Notes: generated by a model not told the origin, from the letters alone. A DNA stretch of 64,000 bases from an uncultured Verrucomicrobiae bacterium (GCA_963806905.1 CAWEAA010000008.1:392447-456446), one strand, 5' to 3'; counted from the stretch's first letter, positions 26,919 to 35,304 are shown. Made by a program: numbers and translations.

Positions 26919-28020
26919 TCAGTTCGCAGCGCGACCGCCGATGCCCTTGGTGCCTTTGGCGATGACCTTTTCCGATTGCTTGGGACGCAACGCGCGGGAA
27001 GCCGCGCCGGCGCGCCACATTTCGGAATTGTGGATTTCGCCCAGTTCCTTCGCCAACTGCGCCTGGTAGTTGCGCGCGCCGCAAGCCGAAAGCACCCGGG
27101 CGCATTCCTTGCCCGTCTTGACGCGCTCGTAAAGTTTCTTGAACACCGGCAGAGTGGCCGCTTTGAACTTCGGTTTCCAATCCAGCGCGCCGCGCTGGGC
27201 GGTGGCGGAACAATTGGAATACATCCAGTCCATGCCGTTTTCATCCACGAGCCGGATAAGGCTCTGCGTCAGTTCCTCGACGGTTTCGTTAAACGCTTCG
27301 CTCGGTGAATGGCCGTGGGCGCGGAGCACGTCGTATTGCGCTTCCATGATGCCGGCCAGGGCGCCCATCAACACGCCGCGTTCGCCGGTCAGGTCGCTGA
27401 ATACTTCGTGCTGGAACGTGGTCGGGAACAGGTAACCCGGAGCCAATACCGATGCCGACGGCGAGGCAACGCTCTTCCGCGTGGCCGGTGGCGTCCTGCT
27501 CGATCGCGAAACTGGAATTGATGCCCGCACCGGTGAGAAAATTACGGCGCACGTTCAGGCCGGACCCTTTTGGGGCGACCATGATCACATCCACGTTCTT
27601 TGGCGGGATGACCCCGGTCAATTTCTTGTAGGTGATGGAAAAGCCGTGGGAGAAATACAGCGCATCGCCCGGCTTGAGGTTTTTTTTCACCACCGGCCAG
27701 ATGGCGCGTTGGGCGGCGTCCGAAACGAGCATCTGGATGATGGTGCCCTTTTGCACGGCTTCCTCGATGTCGAACAAAGTCTTGCCGGGCTTCCAGCCGT
27801 CGGCAACGGCGCGGTCCCAATCGCGCTTGAACGACTTGGCCTGGCCGACGATGACCTTGAATCCATTGTCGCGCAGATTCAGTCCCTGCGCCGGGCCTTG
27901 CACGCCGTAGCCGATGATGGCGATGGTTTCGTTTTTGAGCACCTTGCGGGCGCGCGCCATCGGGAATTCCTTCCGCGTGATGACCTTTTCTTTCGTTCCG
28001 CCAAAATCAATCGTTGCCAT
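26919..28020 (-). pseudogene. ilvC: ketol-acid reductoisomerase, interrupted by a 1-nt frameshift (or assembly error)
   Basis: ORFs 27289-28041 (GYGVQGPAQGLNLRDNG NADPH site) and 26919-27530 (YLFPTTFQHEVFSDLTGERGVLMG...) together make a full KARI. The frames meet at the CCC run 27436-27438; deleting one C gives GIGSGYLFPTT. Confidence 0.85.
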
Positions 28021-28178
28021 AATTTCAGTCTTTCTCGTCAATGTGTTGGTTCAATGTCTTCAACCCGTGCAAATGAACTTTTAATCTTAAACATCAGTAC
28101 CCGTCCGTCAAATGCAAACGGTATGTAAAATAGAACGCTGGGAGACGGAGAGGCCACGAAAACCGCCGTCTTGCGCAG

Positions 28179-29054
28179 TCACTTTGCCGTTTCTGACGTG
28201 GTGGCTTTGTCTTTGTGCTCCTTCAGCCCTGATTTGGATTGCGCCTGCAAAAGTTTAGAAACTGCATTGTCGAGTTCTGAATGGCTTCTCATTGCTTGAA
28301 CGAGCCGTTCGGAAAATTCAGTCAATACGACTCTGATGCTAACAGCCAAATCAAGGCATTCTTGATCCGATTGCGCATGTAATCCTTCACTCAATGCGCT
28401 GTGTAAGAGCAAAAGCGGATTATGACCATCAAGCCGGAGAATTTCTGGAATGCCATCTCTTATAATGTCAACCGCTCTGCTAAATTGTATTTCGGTCTTT
28501 GCTTCGTTAAGTTTCTCAACGAGGGCAGGAGGCGCTTTGATACGATTACAGACGCGAATGATTTCGTCGATTAAACGGCCCTTTTGATTTTCAACCACTC
28601 TTCGGTAATAAGCAAACGCAGCAATTCCCATCCCTTGAGATTCGGCACGGCGTCCCTTCATAAAAATTTCCTGGTCTTCTCCGAGTAACTTAATCATTTT
28701 AGTCGGAACGCGAGGGCCGAAGGGTGGCCACTCGCCGAACTTAATCGCTTTTCCGTGAGGACCGTTTTTCGCTGCCCAAATTGTGACAGCATATGCTTTG
28801 TGAGAGTCGCCACAATTTCGGCAAGAATAATTAAGAAATAATTGAATCCACTTTTCTTGATCCTCTGCCCTTAATTGTGGGGTTGATGATCTGGTGTCAA
28901 AGAATCGTTCTCCATTGCAGGTGTCTGCTTCGCAAAAAAGATTCAGAGCCGGCCTTTGGATAATATAAGGAAGTGTCCCATCTGTCAGGTTGGCAATTTC
29001 GGTTTCCTGATTTGGGGGTTGAGATTCTAAAAAGAGTTTCCAGTCCATTTCCAC
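28179..29054 (-). CDS. hypothetical protein with N-terminal Zn-ribbon-like Cys pairs and a DUF4145-like helical C-terminus (AT-rich insertion)
   Basis: 291 aa. CEADTCNG ... CRNCG, and a C-terminal helical region (AAFAYYRRVVEN ... LLLLHSALSEGLH). AT-rich. Lies between ilvN and ilvC on the same strand. Confidence 0.55.
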   Translation of the reverse strand: MEMDWKLFLESQPPNQETEIANLTDGTLPYIIQRPALNLFCEADTCNGERFFDTRSSTPQLRAEDQEKWIQLFLNYSCRNCGDSHKAYAVTIWAAKNGPHGKAIKFGEWPPFGPRVPTKMIKLLGEDQEIFMKGRRAESQGMGIAAFAYYRRVVENQKGRLIDEIIRVCNRIKAPPALVEKLNEAKTEIQFSRAVDIIRDGIPEILRLDGHNPLLLLHSALSEGLHAQSDQECLDLAVSIRVVLTEFSERLVQAMRSHSELDNAVSKLLQAQSKSGLKEHKDKATTSETAK

Positions 29055-29063
29055 TTCAATGAA

Positions 29064-29537
29064 TTATTTCCGGGGCAGCGCGACCTTGCCCGTGCGCGTG
29101 ATTTCGGACACACCGAACGAATCCATCAGGCCGATGAATTTCTCCACCTTGCTTTCGGCGCCGGTGATTTCGATGGTGAGCGTTTTTGGCTGCACATCCA
29201 CGATTTTGGCGCGGAAAATGTCCGTAATCTGCATCACCTCGGCGCGCGATTTGGAGTCCACGGCCACTTTCACCAGCACCAGTTCGCGGTCCACGAATTC
29301 GCCCTCGTGGAAATCCTGCACCTTGATGACGTCCGGCAATTTGTTGAGCTGTTTGACGATTTGCTCCAGCGTGGCCTCGTCGCCGTGGGTGACGATGGTC
29401 ATGCGCGAGGTCGTCGGGTCCTGCGTCGGGCCGACGTTGAGCGTGTCAATGTTGTAGCCGCGGCCGCTGAACAGGCCGGCCACGCGCGTGAGCACGCCGA
29501 ACTTGTTCTCCACCAGAATTGAAATGGTATGTCGCAT
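29064..29537 (-). CDS. ilvN: acetolactate synthase small (regulatory) subunit
   Basis: MRHTISILVENKFGVLTRVAGLFSGRGYNIDTLNVG ACT domain. ATG 29537 inside ORF 29064-29561. Confidence 0.9.
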   Translation of the reverse strand: MRHTISILVENKFGVLTRVAGLFSGRGYNIDTLNVGPTQDPTTSRMTIVTHGDEATLEQIVKQLNKLPDVIKVQDFHEGEFVDRELVLVKVAVDSKSRAEVMQITDIFRAKIVDVQPKTLTIEITGAESKVEKFIGLMDSFGVSEITRTGKVALPRK

Positions 29538-29616
29538 AAAACCGTTTGGAAACGGAAGCACAGGCTAACAAGCCGAACGAATGTGGTCAATTTGCAAATT
29601 CAATTGCGTTACATCC

Positions 29617-30180
29617 TCATTCTGCCGATGTGGTTTTGTTCAATGCCTGCAAATCGGTGATTAATCGATTCCAATTCCAATCTTTACCCGGCTCGTATCG
29701 AATATTTTTTTGGCCACCGCTATGCCAGAACAAAGTGTAGGCTGGCGAACCAAGGTTGCCTTCATGAACTGCCCAGCGGAAATTGCGGCGTTCGGCAATT
29801 GTGACATAAGCACAGTAGATTTTGGGATTGCTCTGTTTGATGAGCGAGAAACATCGCTTGGTATTTTCAATTGTTGCTTCGCCAAACGAGCCGGTATTCT
29901 TAATCTCGAAGGCCGCGAATACATCTTCAGGCTGATAGAGCAAGCCATGTTCTGGCGCAGCGTCGGATTTGACGATGAGAAAATCAATTTCAACCGGAAC
30001 ACCTTTAATAAAAACATCCCGGCTGGAAGTATTGATCCCATTCTGTCGAAGGGCGAGCCGGATAATTTCGACCGAAACAGCACCTGAATACTTTGAACAA
30101 TTTTTGCCGGAATTGGCTTTTGCAAAATTTGCTTTCGCTTTCAGAACCAAATCCAGCAACTCATGTTCATTCATTTGCAT
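29617..30180 (-). CDS. hypothetical protein, possible PD-(D/E)xK nuclease fold (AT-rich)
   Basis: 187 aa from ATG 30180. Candidate D...ExK signature (VEIDFLIV ... AAFEIKN). No family recognised with certainty. Confidence 0.5.
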   Translation of the reverse strand: MQMNEHELLDLVLKAKANFAKANSGKNCSKYSGAVSVEIIRLALRQNGINTSSRDVFIKGVPVEIDFLIVKSDAAPEHGLLYQPEDVFAAFEIKNTGSFGEATIENTKRCFSLIKQSNPKIYCAYVTIAERRNFRWAVHEGNLGSPAYTLFWHSGGQKNIRYEPGKDWNWNRLITDLQALNKTTSAE

Positions 30181-30194
30181 GGAAGAAAATAGTC

Positions 30195-30278
30195 CCAAAA
30201 AATGGATTATGCTTTTTTCCCTCCGCCACCGTTGTCAATGGGCCGTGGCCGGGGCAAATCAACGTCTCCGCCGGCGGC
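30195..30278 (-). repeat. copy R4 of the 3' end of the HTH-MBL gene
   Basis: The minus strand reads PPAETLICPGHGPLTTVAEGKKHNPFF, against PPETLICPGHGPLTTVAEEKEHNPFF at the real gene end. Starts 10 nt after the PIN gene stop. Confidence 0.8.
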
Positions 30279-30288
30279 GCGCAGTCGT

Positions 30289-30678
30289 TCATACAGGAAT
30301 CCAGATGACGGGGAGTTTCTCATCGCGGTTGCGGCGATACCAGTTGAAATGGCTGTCGTCGGTGATGATTTTGAACGACGGAAACAATTCGCTGGCGCGC
30401 ACGAGGGTGGCGTCCGCAAAGTCCATTTCCGGCGCGTATTTTTCCAGCAGCGCGGCCAGCGCGGATTTTTCCTCCTCCACGTCCAGCGCAAAACGGTAGT
30501 CGCCAATGATTTTGGCGACGATTTTGAAGTCCCCGATCAAATGACTTGCTTCGGCGAATGCCGCCGTCGTCGTCCATAAACGGTCGTGGTATTGCTTGAA
30601 GAAATTCTGCGCCCACGCGCGGCGTTTGGGCGTTTTGGCGAACGGACTGACGATAAAACTGGTGTCAGCGAGAAACAT
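30289..30678 (-). CDS. vapC: PIN-domain toxin (VapC-like)
   Basis: 129 aa. Acidic residues in PIN-typical positions (FLADTSF, AEASH, DFADATLV, IITDDSHF). Overlaps the upstream antitoxin gene by 14 nt. Confidence 0.75.
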   Translation of the reverse strand: MFLADTSFIVSPFAKTPKRRAWAQNFFKQYHDRLWTTTAAFAEASHLIGDFKIVAKIIGDYRFALDVEEEKSALAALLEKYAPEMDFADATLVRASELFPSFKIITDDSHFNWYRRNRDEKLPVIWIPV

Positions 30679-30919
30679 GACGGCGGGCGATGGCGGCGCG
30701 GATTTGCCCGCGCTCGGTTTTGCCGGGCAATTCCGGCACAGTAAATCCTTCGCGGCTCAATTCAAGGCTGGCGGAGGACGAGGCGGCTTCCGCCCGCGAA
30801 GCGGCATCTGTGACGATTTGTTGCAGGAAGGCATAAGGCGAAAGGCCGCGCTGCCGTGCCGCCTTTTGAAATTTGGCCGCCACTTTCTGCTCCACCCGGG
30901 TTTGCAAAAGCATTGTCAT
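30665..30919 (-). CDS. RHH/CopG-like antitoxin (VapB-like)
   Basis: 84 aa from ATG 30919. N-terminal TRVEQKVAAKFQKAARQRGLSPYAFLQQIV looks like a ribbon-helix-helix. Genetic coupling to the PIN gene. Confidence 0.6.
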   Translation of the reverse strand: MTMLLQTRVEQKVAAKFQKAARQRGLSPYAFLQQIVTDAASRAEAASSSASLELSREGFTVPELPGKTERGQIRAAIARRHVSR

Positions 30920-30963
30920 ACACAAAGTGTAATCTTCGTATCAAGAATGTCAACAACCACAAA

Positions 30964-31046
30964 CCAAAAACGGGATTGTGTTCTTTTCCCTTTGCTACGG
31001 CCGCCAACGGACCGCGGTCATGGCAAATCAAGGTTTCCTGCGGCGG
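30964..31046 (-). repeat. copy R3 of the 3' end of the HTH-MBL gene
   Basis: The minus strand reads PPQETLICHDRGPLAAVAKGKEHNPVF. Confidence 0.75.
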
Positions 31047-31103
31047 ATGTTCGTCCCGATACATCCGAATTGAGATGCCGAGGAATCGGCTGATTTCAGG
31101 CAT
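31041..31103 (-). pseudogene. 5' remnant of a DUF4160-type gene, truncated at repeat R3
   Basis: MPEISRFLGISIRMYRDEHPP matches the DUF4160 N-terminus (MP.I..F.G..I.MY..DH.PPH). The reading frame then runs straight into the MBL-tail repeat. Confidence 0.6.
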
Positions 31104-31380
31104 GGACGGGTTGCGGTTTTTGATCCGACAACGCTTCCGGTTTTTGGCCGGTCACTTGCAGCCAGAGCGAATCGGGACAGAAATCAAGCTGGTCGTTCCA
31201 GAGCAGTTCACCGCAATCGCCGATACGCGCTTTGCAAAAATTCTCGTAGCTGTTCCACGAGGCATAAATACCCGTGCGCGGTTTTTTGGAAAAATCCACC
31301 TCGCCCTCAACGCCATCGTTGAAGCGCAACCAGACGCGGTAATTATCCAGAACCTTTAATGCGGTGATTTTTTTCATCAC
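31096..31380 (-). CDS. DUF2442-like small protein
   Basis: 94 aa; ITALKVLDNYRVWLRFNDGVEGEVDFS ... GELLWNDQLDFCPDSLW resembles DUF2442, the usual partner of DUF4160. Confidence 0.65.
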   Translation of the reverse strand: MMKKITALKVLDNYRVWLRFNDGVEGEVDFSKKPRTGIYASWNSYENFCKARIGDCGELLWNDQLDFCPDSLWLQVTGQKPEALSDQKPQPVHA

Positions 31381-31456
31381 AATTCCATCCTACAACAATG
31401 CAGGGGCGCATTCAACTCAAAATCCACAACCGAACTCGCGAATTTAAAAGATAAAT

Positions 31457-31526
31457 CGTGGTTTTTTCTTCCGCGACCGTCGTCAACGGATTGAGCCATG
31501 CGGAAGGCGATGGTTTCGTTTGCGGG
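31457..31526 (-). repeat. copy R2 of the 3' end of the HTH-MBL gene (degenerate arms, exact core)
   Basis: The 26-nt TTTTCTTCCGCGACCGTCGTCAACGG at 31464-31489 is identical to 32091-32116. The flanks are diverged. Confidence 0.75.
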
Positions 31527-31533
31527 AAACCGA

Positions 31534-31812
31534 TTAAAAATACGCGTCCACCACCCGCGTCAGGCGCTCGTTCACAAAGATCGTGTTGTGGTGGCCAAAC
31601 AGCGGTTTGCGCCGTTTCTCAATCCGTACGTCCGATTTCTCCGCGCCATCAATTACGAAGTGGTAAACCTCATGGACCGGTTCGTTGAAAATGCGTGTGG
31701 ATTGTAAAATCGGCCGGTCGTCCACGCGGATGACCAGGGTGCCGCGAAGCTGGTTGAAGTTGAATTCGACGAGGTGTTTGTCTGTGTTGCCAATCTCCAA
31801 AGTGAATCTCAT
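31534..31812 (-). CDS. hypothetical small protein (92 aa)
   Basis: ORF between repeat copies R1 and R2. No motif recognised. Confidence 0.45.
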   Translation of the reverse strand: MRFTLEIGNTDKHLVEFNFNQLRGTLVIRVDDRPILQSTRIFNEPVHEVYHFVIDGAEKSDVRIEKRRKPLFGHHNTIFVNERLTRVVDAYF

Positions 31813-32068
31813 AAGTCGTGGGCTTGTGCCCGGTTTTCACAAGGCGCAATCCTTGTGCCACCTGTACGGCGAGTCTCATTCGCAATGCCCGCCGCCAGCA
31901 GGCAGGAAGCGATATGCTTTGGCAATTGTTGCCCGCTGGCAAATTCGGGTTGTGACTGGAGAAAAACCGCGGCTTTAACTTTAATCGTAGGCTGAAGATT
32001 GCGAAATGTGTCCCGATGGTCACCTGGCAGTGTCCAATTTTTGCTTTGCCAATCGAACCATCGGTAAA

Positions 32069-32150
32069 TCAAAAGAACGGATTGTGTTCCTTTTCTTCCG
32101 CGACCGTCGTCAACGGGCCGTGGCCGGGACAAATCAGCGTTTCCGGCGGC
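32069..32150 (-). repeat. copy R1 (the functional 3' end of the MBL gene) of the four-copy repeat
   Basis: Aligns by eye with 31457-31526, 30964-31046 and 30195-30278. Confidence 0.8.
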
Positions 32151-32929
32151 AGCGATAAAATCTGTTCGCGCACTTTTTGCCGCGCCAAATCCCATGACTG
32201 GTTGCCCCGTCCAATCGAGCCGGCGAAAATCGCGTCGCCCACGATGGCCACGTGCGGTGCGTCCTCCTGCCAGTTGCCGACGATGTAGGTCACGCCGTCC
32301 TCCGCGTGGCCGGGCGTTTCGCGATGCGTGATGCGCAGCCCGCCAAGATGGACGATTTCGCTTGGTTTGTTGCGCTGGTCCACCGGCGCGTTTTTGGAAC
32401 CGCTGTGCAACCGCACTTTCGGCCACGCCTCGCGGATTTTTGGCAGCGCTTCCACGTGATCATAGTGCGAGTGCGTGATAAAAATGTGCCGCAGCACGAG
32501 CTGGTTTTCGGCGATGCAATCCAGAATCGGTTTCGCGTCAAAGCCGGTGTCAAACAGCGCTGCGTCGCGCGTGACTTCATCCCAAACCAGATAACAATTC
32601 ACAGCCATGCCGTCGCCGGCGGTGGTGAACACGCGCAATTCACGCCAGACGCTCAAATCCTTTTCCGCCGGCAGCCAGCCATGGGCAAGGCCTTCCAGTT
32701 TGGCCGGATTTAAACCGACCAGCCGGGCGAGCGCGGCAACGTCGGGTCGTTTGCCAGTTTGTCCGCTTTCTTCGAGTCCGGAAAGTTCGGCTTCGGAAAT
32801 TCCTGCGGCCTTGGCCGCGGCAGCCGTCGAAACGTTGCTCATCGCGCGCGCCTTGCGGATGATGTCGCCCAGATGGTCTTCGAGATTCACACCGGAACGG
32901 TAAGGGGCAAAGTTCGCCACCGCAAGCAT
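32069..32929 (-). CDS. XRE-type HTH + metallo-beta-lactamase-fold protein
   Basis: 286 aa. N-terminal HTH (LGDIIRKARAMSNVSTAAAAKAAGISEAELSGLE). MBL motif THSHYDH (HxHxDH). C-terminus PPETLICPGHGPLTTVAEEKEHNPFF. Confidence 0.8.
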   Translation of the reverse strand: MLAVANFAPYRSGVNLEDHLGDIIRKARAMSNVSTAAAAKAAGISEAELSGLEESGQTGKRPDVAALARLVGLNPAKLEGLAHGWLPAEKDLSVWRELRVFTTAGDGMAVNCYLVWDEVTRDAALFDTGFDAKPILDCIAENQLVLRHIFITHSHYDHVEALPKIREAWPKVRLHSGSKNAPVDQRNKPSEIVHLGGLRITHRETPGHAEDGVTYIVGNWQEDAPHVAIVGDAIFAGSIGRGNQSWDLARQKVREQILSLPPETLICPGHGPLTTVAEEKEHNPFF

Positions 32930-32982
32930 CGGACTTGAGTTGCCGCGGATGGTATGCTAAAAAATCGGGGGCGACGGAAACT

Positions 32983-33162
32983 ATGTTTTTCTCAAAGGCC
33001 AATAAGGAGCGCGAACGCTATTACCTGCTGCCAGGCCAGGGCGGCCCGGCGGCGCGCCGCAAACAAAAAAGGTTTTTAAAATGGTCAATCGTGGCGTGCC
33101 TGATTTTCTCCGCGCTCATGGCGTTGGTCATGTATTGGTTCAATCGCACGCGGCCGTTTTGA
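32983..33162 (+). CDS. small membrane protein (hypothetical)
   Basis: 59 aa from ATG 32983 with one TM helix (WSIVACLIFSALMALVMYWF). Weak support. Confidence 0.35.
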   Translation: MFFSKANKERERYYLLPGQGGPAARRKQKRFLKWSIVACLIFSALMALVMYWFNRTRPF

Positions 33163-33218
33163 TGCAGCGGCGGGGCTTGACCCGCCGGAGTCAGTTGTTA
33201 GTATTCGCATCGAATTTG

Positions 33219-34175
33219 ATGAATGGGTCCCGATTGATCTCAATTTGGGCGGCGGCATTTTGCCTGAGCCTGCCCTTGCGCGCGGAACTGGCCGACGGGG
33301 TCAAGGCCATCGTGAACAACACGGTCATCACCTACGAGCAGGTCGAGGAATTTACTGTGCCGGCGATGGACGCATTGCGCCGGCAATACGCCGCACAGCC
33401 GGAGATCTTTCAGCAAAAACTCGCCGAGGCGCTCGACAACAGTCTGGAGATATTGGTGGAGCGCCAGTTGATCCTGCACGAATTCGAGGCCAAATATACC
33501 AAGCTGCCGGACAGCGTTGTGGATGAACTGGTGCAGGACCGGATCCGCGAGCAGTTCGGCGACCGCGTGACGGCGATGAAATCATTGCAGGCACAGGGCA
33601 TGACGTACGAACAATTCCGCCAGGACATCCGCGATCAATTCATCGAATCGCAACTGCGCAACATGAATGTCTCGCGTGAAATCGTCATCTCGCCCTACAA
33701 AGTGGAGACCTACTACCTGGCCCACCAGGACGATTTCAAGATTGAGGACGAAATCAAATTGCGCATGATCGTGCTCAACAAAAGTTCCGACGACGACACC
33801 AACACGCCCGCTTTGGCCCACGAAATCCTGTCCCAAATCAAGGACGGCGCGAGTTTTCAGCAAATGGCCTCCGTTTATTCGCAAGGCTCGCAACGAAAAC
33901 AGGGCGGCGACTGGGACTGGGTCGAACGCTCCGTGCTCCGCAAGGAACTCGCCGATGTCGCCTTCGCGCTCAAGCCCGGCCAGGTCAGTGACGTGATTGA
34001 CACGCCCGGCGCGTGCTACCTCATGCTGGTCGAACAAGCCCGCCCCGCCCATGTCCGGCCGCTCAGCGATATCCGCGACGACATTGAAAAAACCCTTCGC
34101 ACCCAGGAACAGGCCCGTGTTCAAAAACAATGGATTGACGCGTTGAAGAAAAAAACGTTCATCCGCTATTTCTGA
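33219..34175 (+). CDS. SurA-like periplasmic chaperone / parvulin-type peptidyl-prolyl isomerase
   Basis: ATG 33219 in ORF 33081-34175 with a signal peptide (LISIWAAAFCLSLPLRA). SurA-N-like region plus a PpiC-type domain. The conserved surA-pdxA order is kept. Confidence 0.75.
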   Translation: MNGSRLISIWAAAFCLSLPLRAELADGVKAIVNNTVITYEQVEEFTVPAMDALRRQYAAQPEIFQQKLAEALDNSLEILVERQLILHEFEAKYTKLPDSVVDELVQDRIREQFGDRVTAMKSLQAQGMTYEQFRQDIRDQFIESQLRNMNVSREIVISPYKVETYYLAHQDDFKIEDEIKLRMIVLNKSSDDDTNTPALAHEILSQIKDGASFQQMASVYSQGSQRKQGGDWDWVERSVLRKELADVAFALKPGQVSDVIDTPGACYLMLVEQARPAHVRPLSDIRDDIEKTLRTQEQARVQKQWIDALKKKTFIRYF

Positions 34176-34205
34176 TTTCACCGCGAGCTGAGGCGCGTTG
34201 CCCGT

Positions 34206-34233
34206 CAACTCTCAACCAACAACTCTCAACCAA
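34206..34233. repeat. 14-nt direct repeat x2 (heptad-periodic) abutting the pdxA start codon
   Basis: CAACTCTCAACCAA CAACTCTCAACCAA, then A, then ATG. Confidence 0.8.
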
Positions 34234-34234
34234 A

Positions 34235-35227
34235 ATGACCGGCTGGCTTGGCGTTTCACTGGGTGACGTGACCGGCATCGGCCCCGAAGTCACCCTTAAA
34301 GCCATCGCCGCCGAAGCTGCGGAAGACAACGCGAAATATCTGCTCGTCGGCGATGCGGATGGCGCGAACCGTCTCAACCAAAAATTGAGCTTGGGTCTGC
34401 CGCTGAAAAATTTTTCCGGTTACGGCGACTCCGGCCGGTTCTTTGTCACCAATCCACTGGCGGAGCCATTGCCGGAAAATCTGACTGTGGGTTCGCCTGC
34501 GGCCGCGAACGCCGCCGTCACGTCTTTGCGGGACGGCGCCGAACGCTGCCTGCGCCGTGAATTGGATGCGCTTGTCACCGCGCCCGTCAACAAGGAGGCG
34601 ATCATCCGCGCAGGACACAAATTTGTCGGCCAGACGGAATTTCTCTCCGGGCTCGCCAACACCAAACGCACGGCCATGATGCTGCTCGGCCAGGACGAAA
34701 AAAATCGCTGGCTCCGCGTCGCCCTGGCCACCATTCACATTTCCCTCAAATCGGTTTCCGAAAAGCTGACGGTGGAAAAAATCGCGCTGGCCATCGAATT
34801 GGCCGCCCAGGCGTGCCGCGATTTGCAGTTGCCCCGCGCGCGTGTCGCCGTTTGCGGCTTGAACCCGCACGCGGGCGAAGGCGGCGAATTCGGCGACGAG
34901 GAAATCAAAACCATCGCGCCAACGGTCCTCGCCGCGCAAAAACGCGGACTGGATGTCGTCGGTCCTTTGAGCGGCGACACGGTTTTTCATTACGCCTTGC
35001 GCGGGGATTTTGACGCGGTCGTGGCGATGTATCACGATCAGGGACTGGCGCCGTTGAAAGCCATTGCGTTCGATACCGGCGTGAACTGGACGCTGGGGCT
35101 GCCGTTCATCCGCACCTCGCCGGACCATGGAACGGCTTACGACATTGCCGGAAGAGGAATCGCCAATCCCTCGAGCATGATTGCCGCCATCCGGCTGGCG
35201 AAACAACTGGCTAAAAACAAAAAATAA
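34235..35227 (+). CDS. pdxA: 4-hydroxythreonine-4-phosphate dehydrogenase
   Basis: 330 aa; GDVTGIGPEV, NPHAGEGG and TSPDHGTAYDIAG motifs. Confidence 0.9.
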   Translation: MTGWLGVSLGDVTGIGPEVTLKAIAAEAAEDNAKYLLVGDADGANRLNQKLSLGLPLKNFSGYGDSGRFFVTNPLAEPLPENLTVGSPAAANAAVTSLRDGAERCLRRELDALVTAPVNKEAIIRAGHKFVGQTEFLSGLANTKRTAMMLLGQDEKNRWLRVALATIHISLKSVSEKLTVEKIALAIELAAQACRDLQLPRARVAVCGLNPHAGEGGEFGDEEIKTIAPTVLAAQKRGLDVVGPLSGDTVFHYALRGDFDAVVAMYHDQGLAPLKAIAFDTGVNWTLGLPFIRTSPDHGTAYDIAGRGIANPSSMIAAIRLAKQLAKNKK

Positions 35228-35230
35228 ATT

Positions 35231-35291
35231 CCCCTCACCCGTCCTGGCGGACACCCTCTCCCCGCCCGGCGGAGAGGGCCAGGGCGAGGGG
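35231..35291. repeat. nested palindromic REP-like element (type C) between convergent pdxA and trpC; likely bidirectional terminator
   Basis: CCCCTCACCC ... CCCTCTCC-CCGCCCGGC-GGAGAGGG-CC-AGGGCGAGGGG. A related copy lies inside hemY at 54104-54161. Confidence 0.7.
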
Positions 35292-35304
35292 CTTGATTCG
35301 AATT

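Noticed and set aside
26919-28020. Programmed ribosomal frameshifting in ilvC (and likewise pyrC and the argA-like gene)
   Set aside because: No slippery heptamer, in-frame stop context or upstream SD-like stimulator of the kind seen at the genuine prfB site. A single extra base in a short homopolymer or dinucleotide run is more simply a mutation or a sequencing error.
30195-32150. Possible CRISPR array or integron cassette array
   Set aside because: There are only four repeats. They are ~80 nt long, strongly diverged, derived from a coding 3' end, and spaced 0.5-0.9 kb apart by protein-coding units. No attC-type symmetric structure, intI gene or cas genes are visible in the window.
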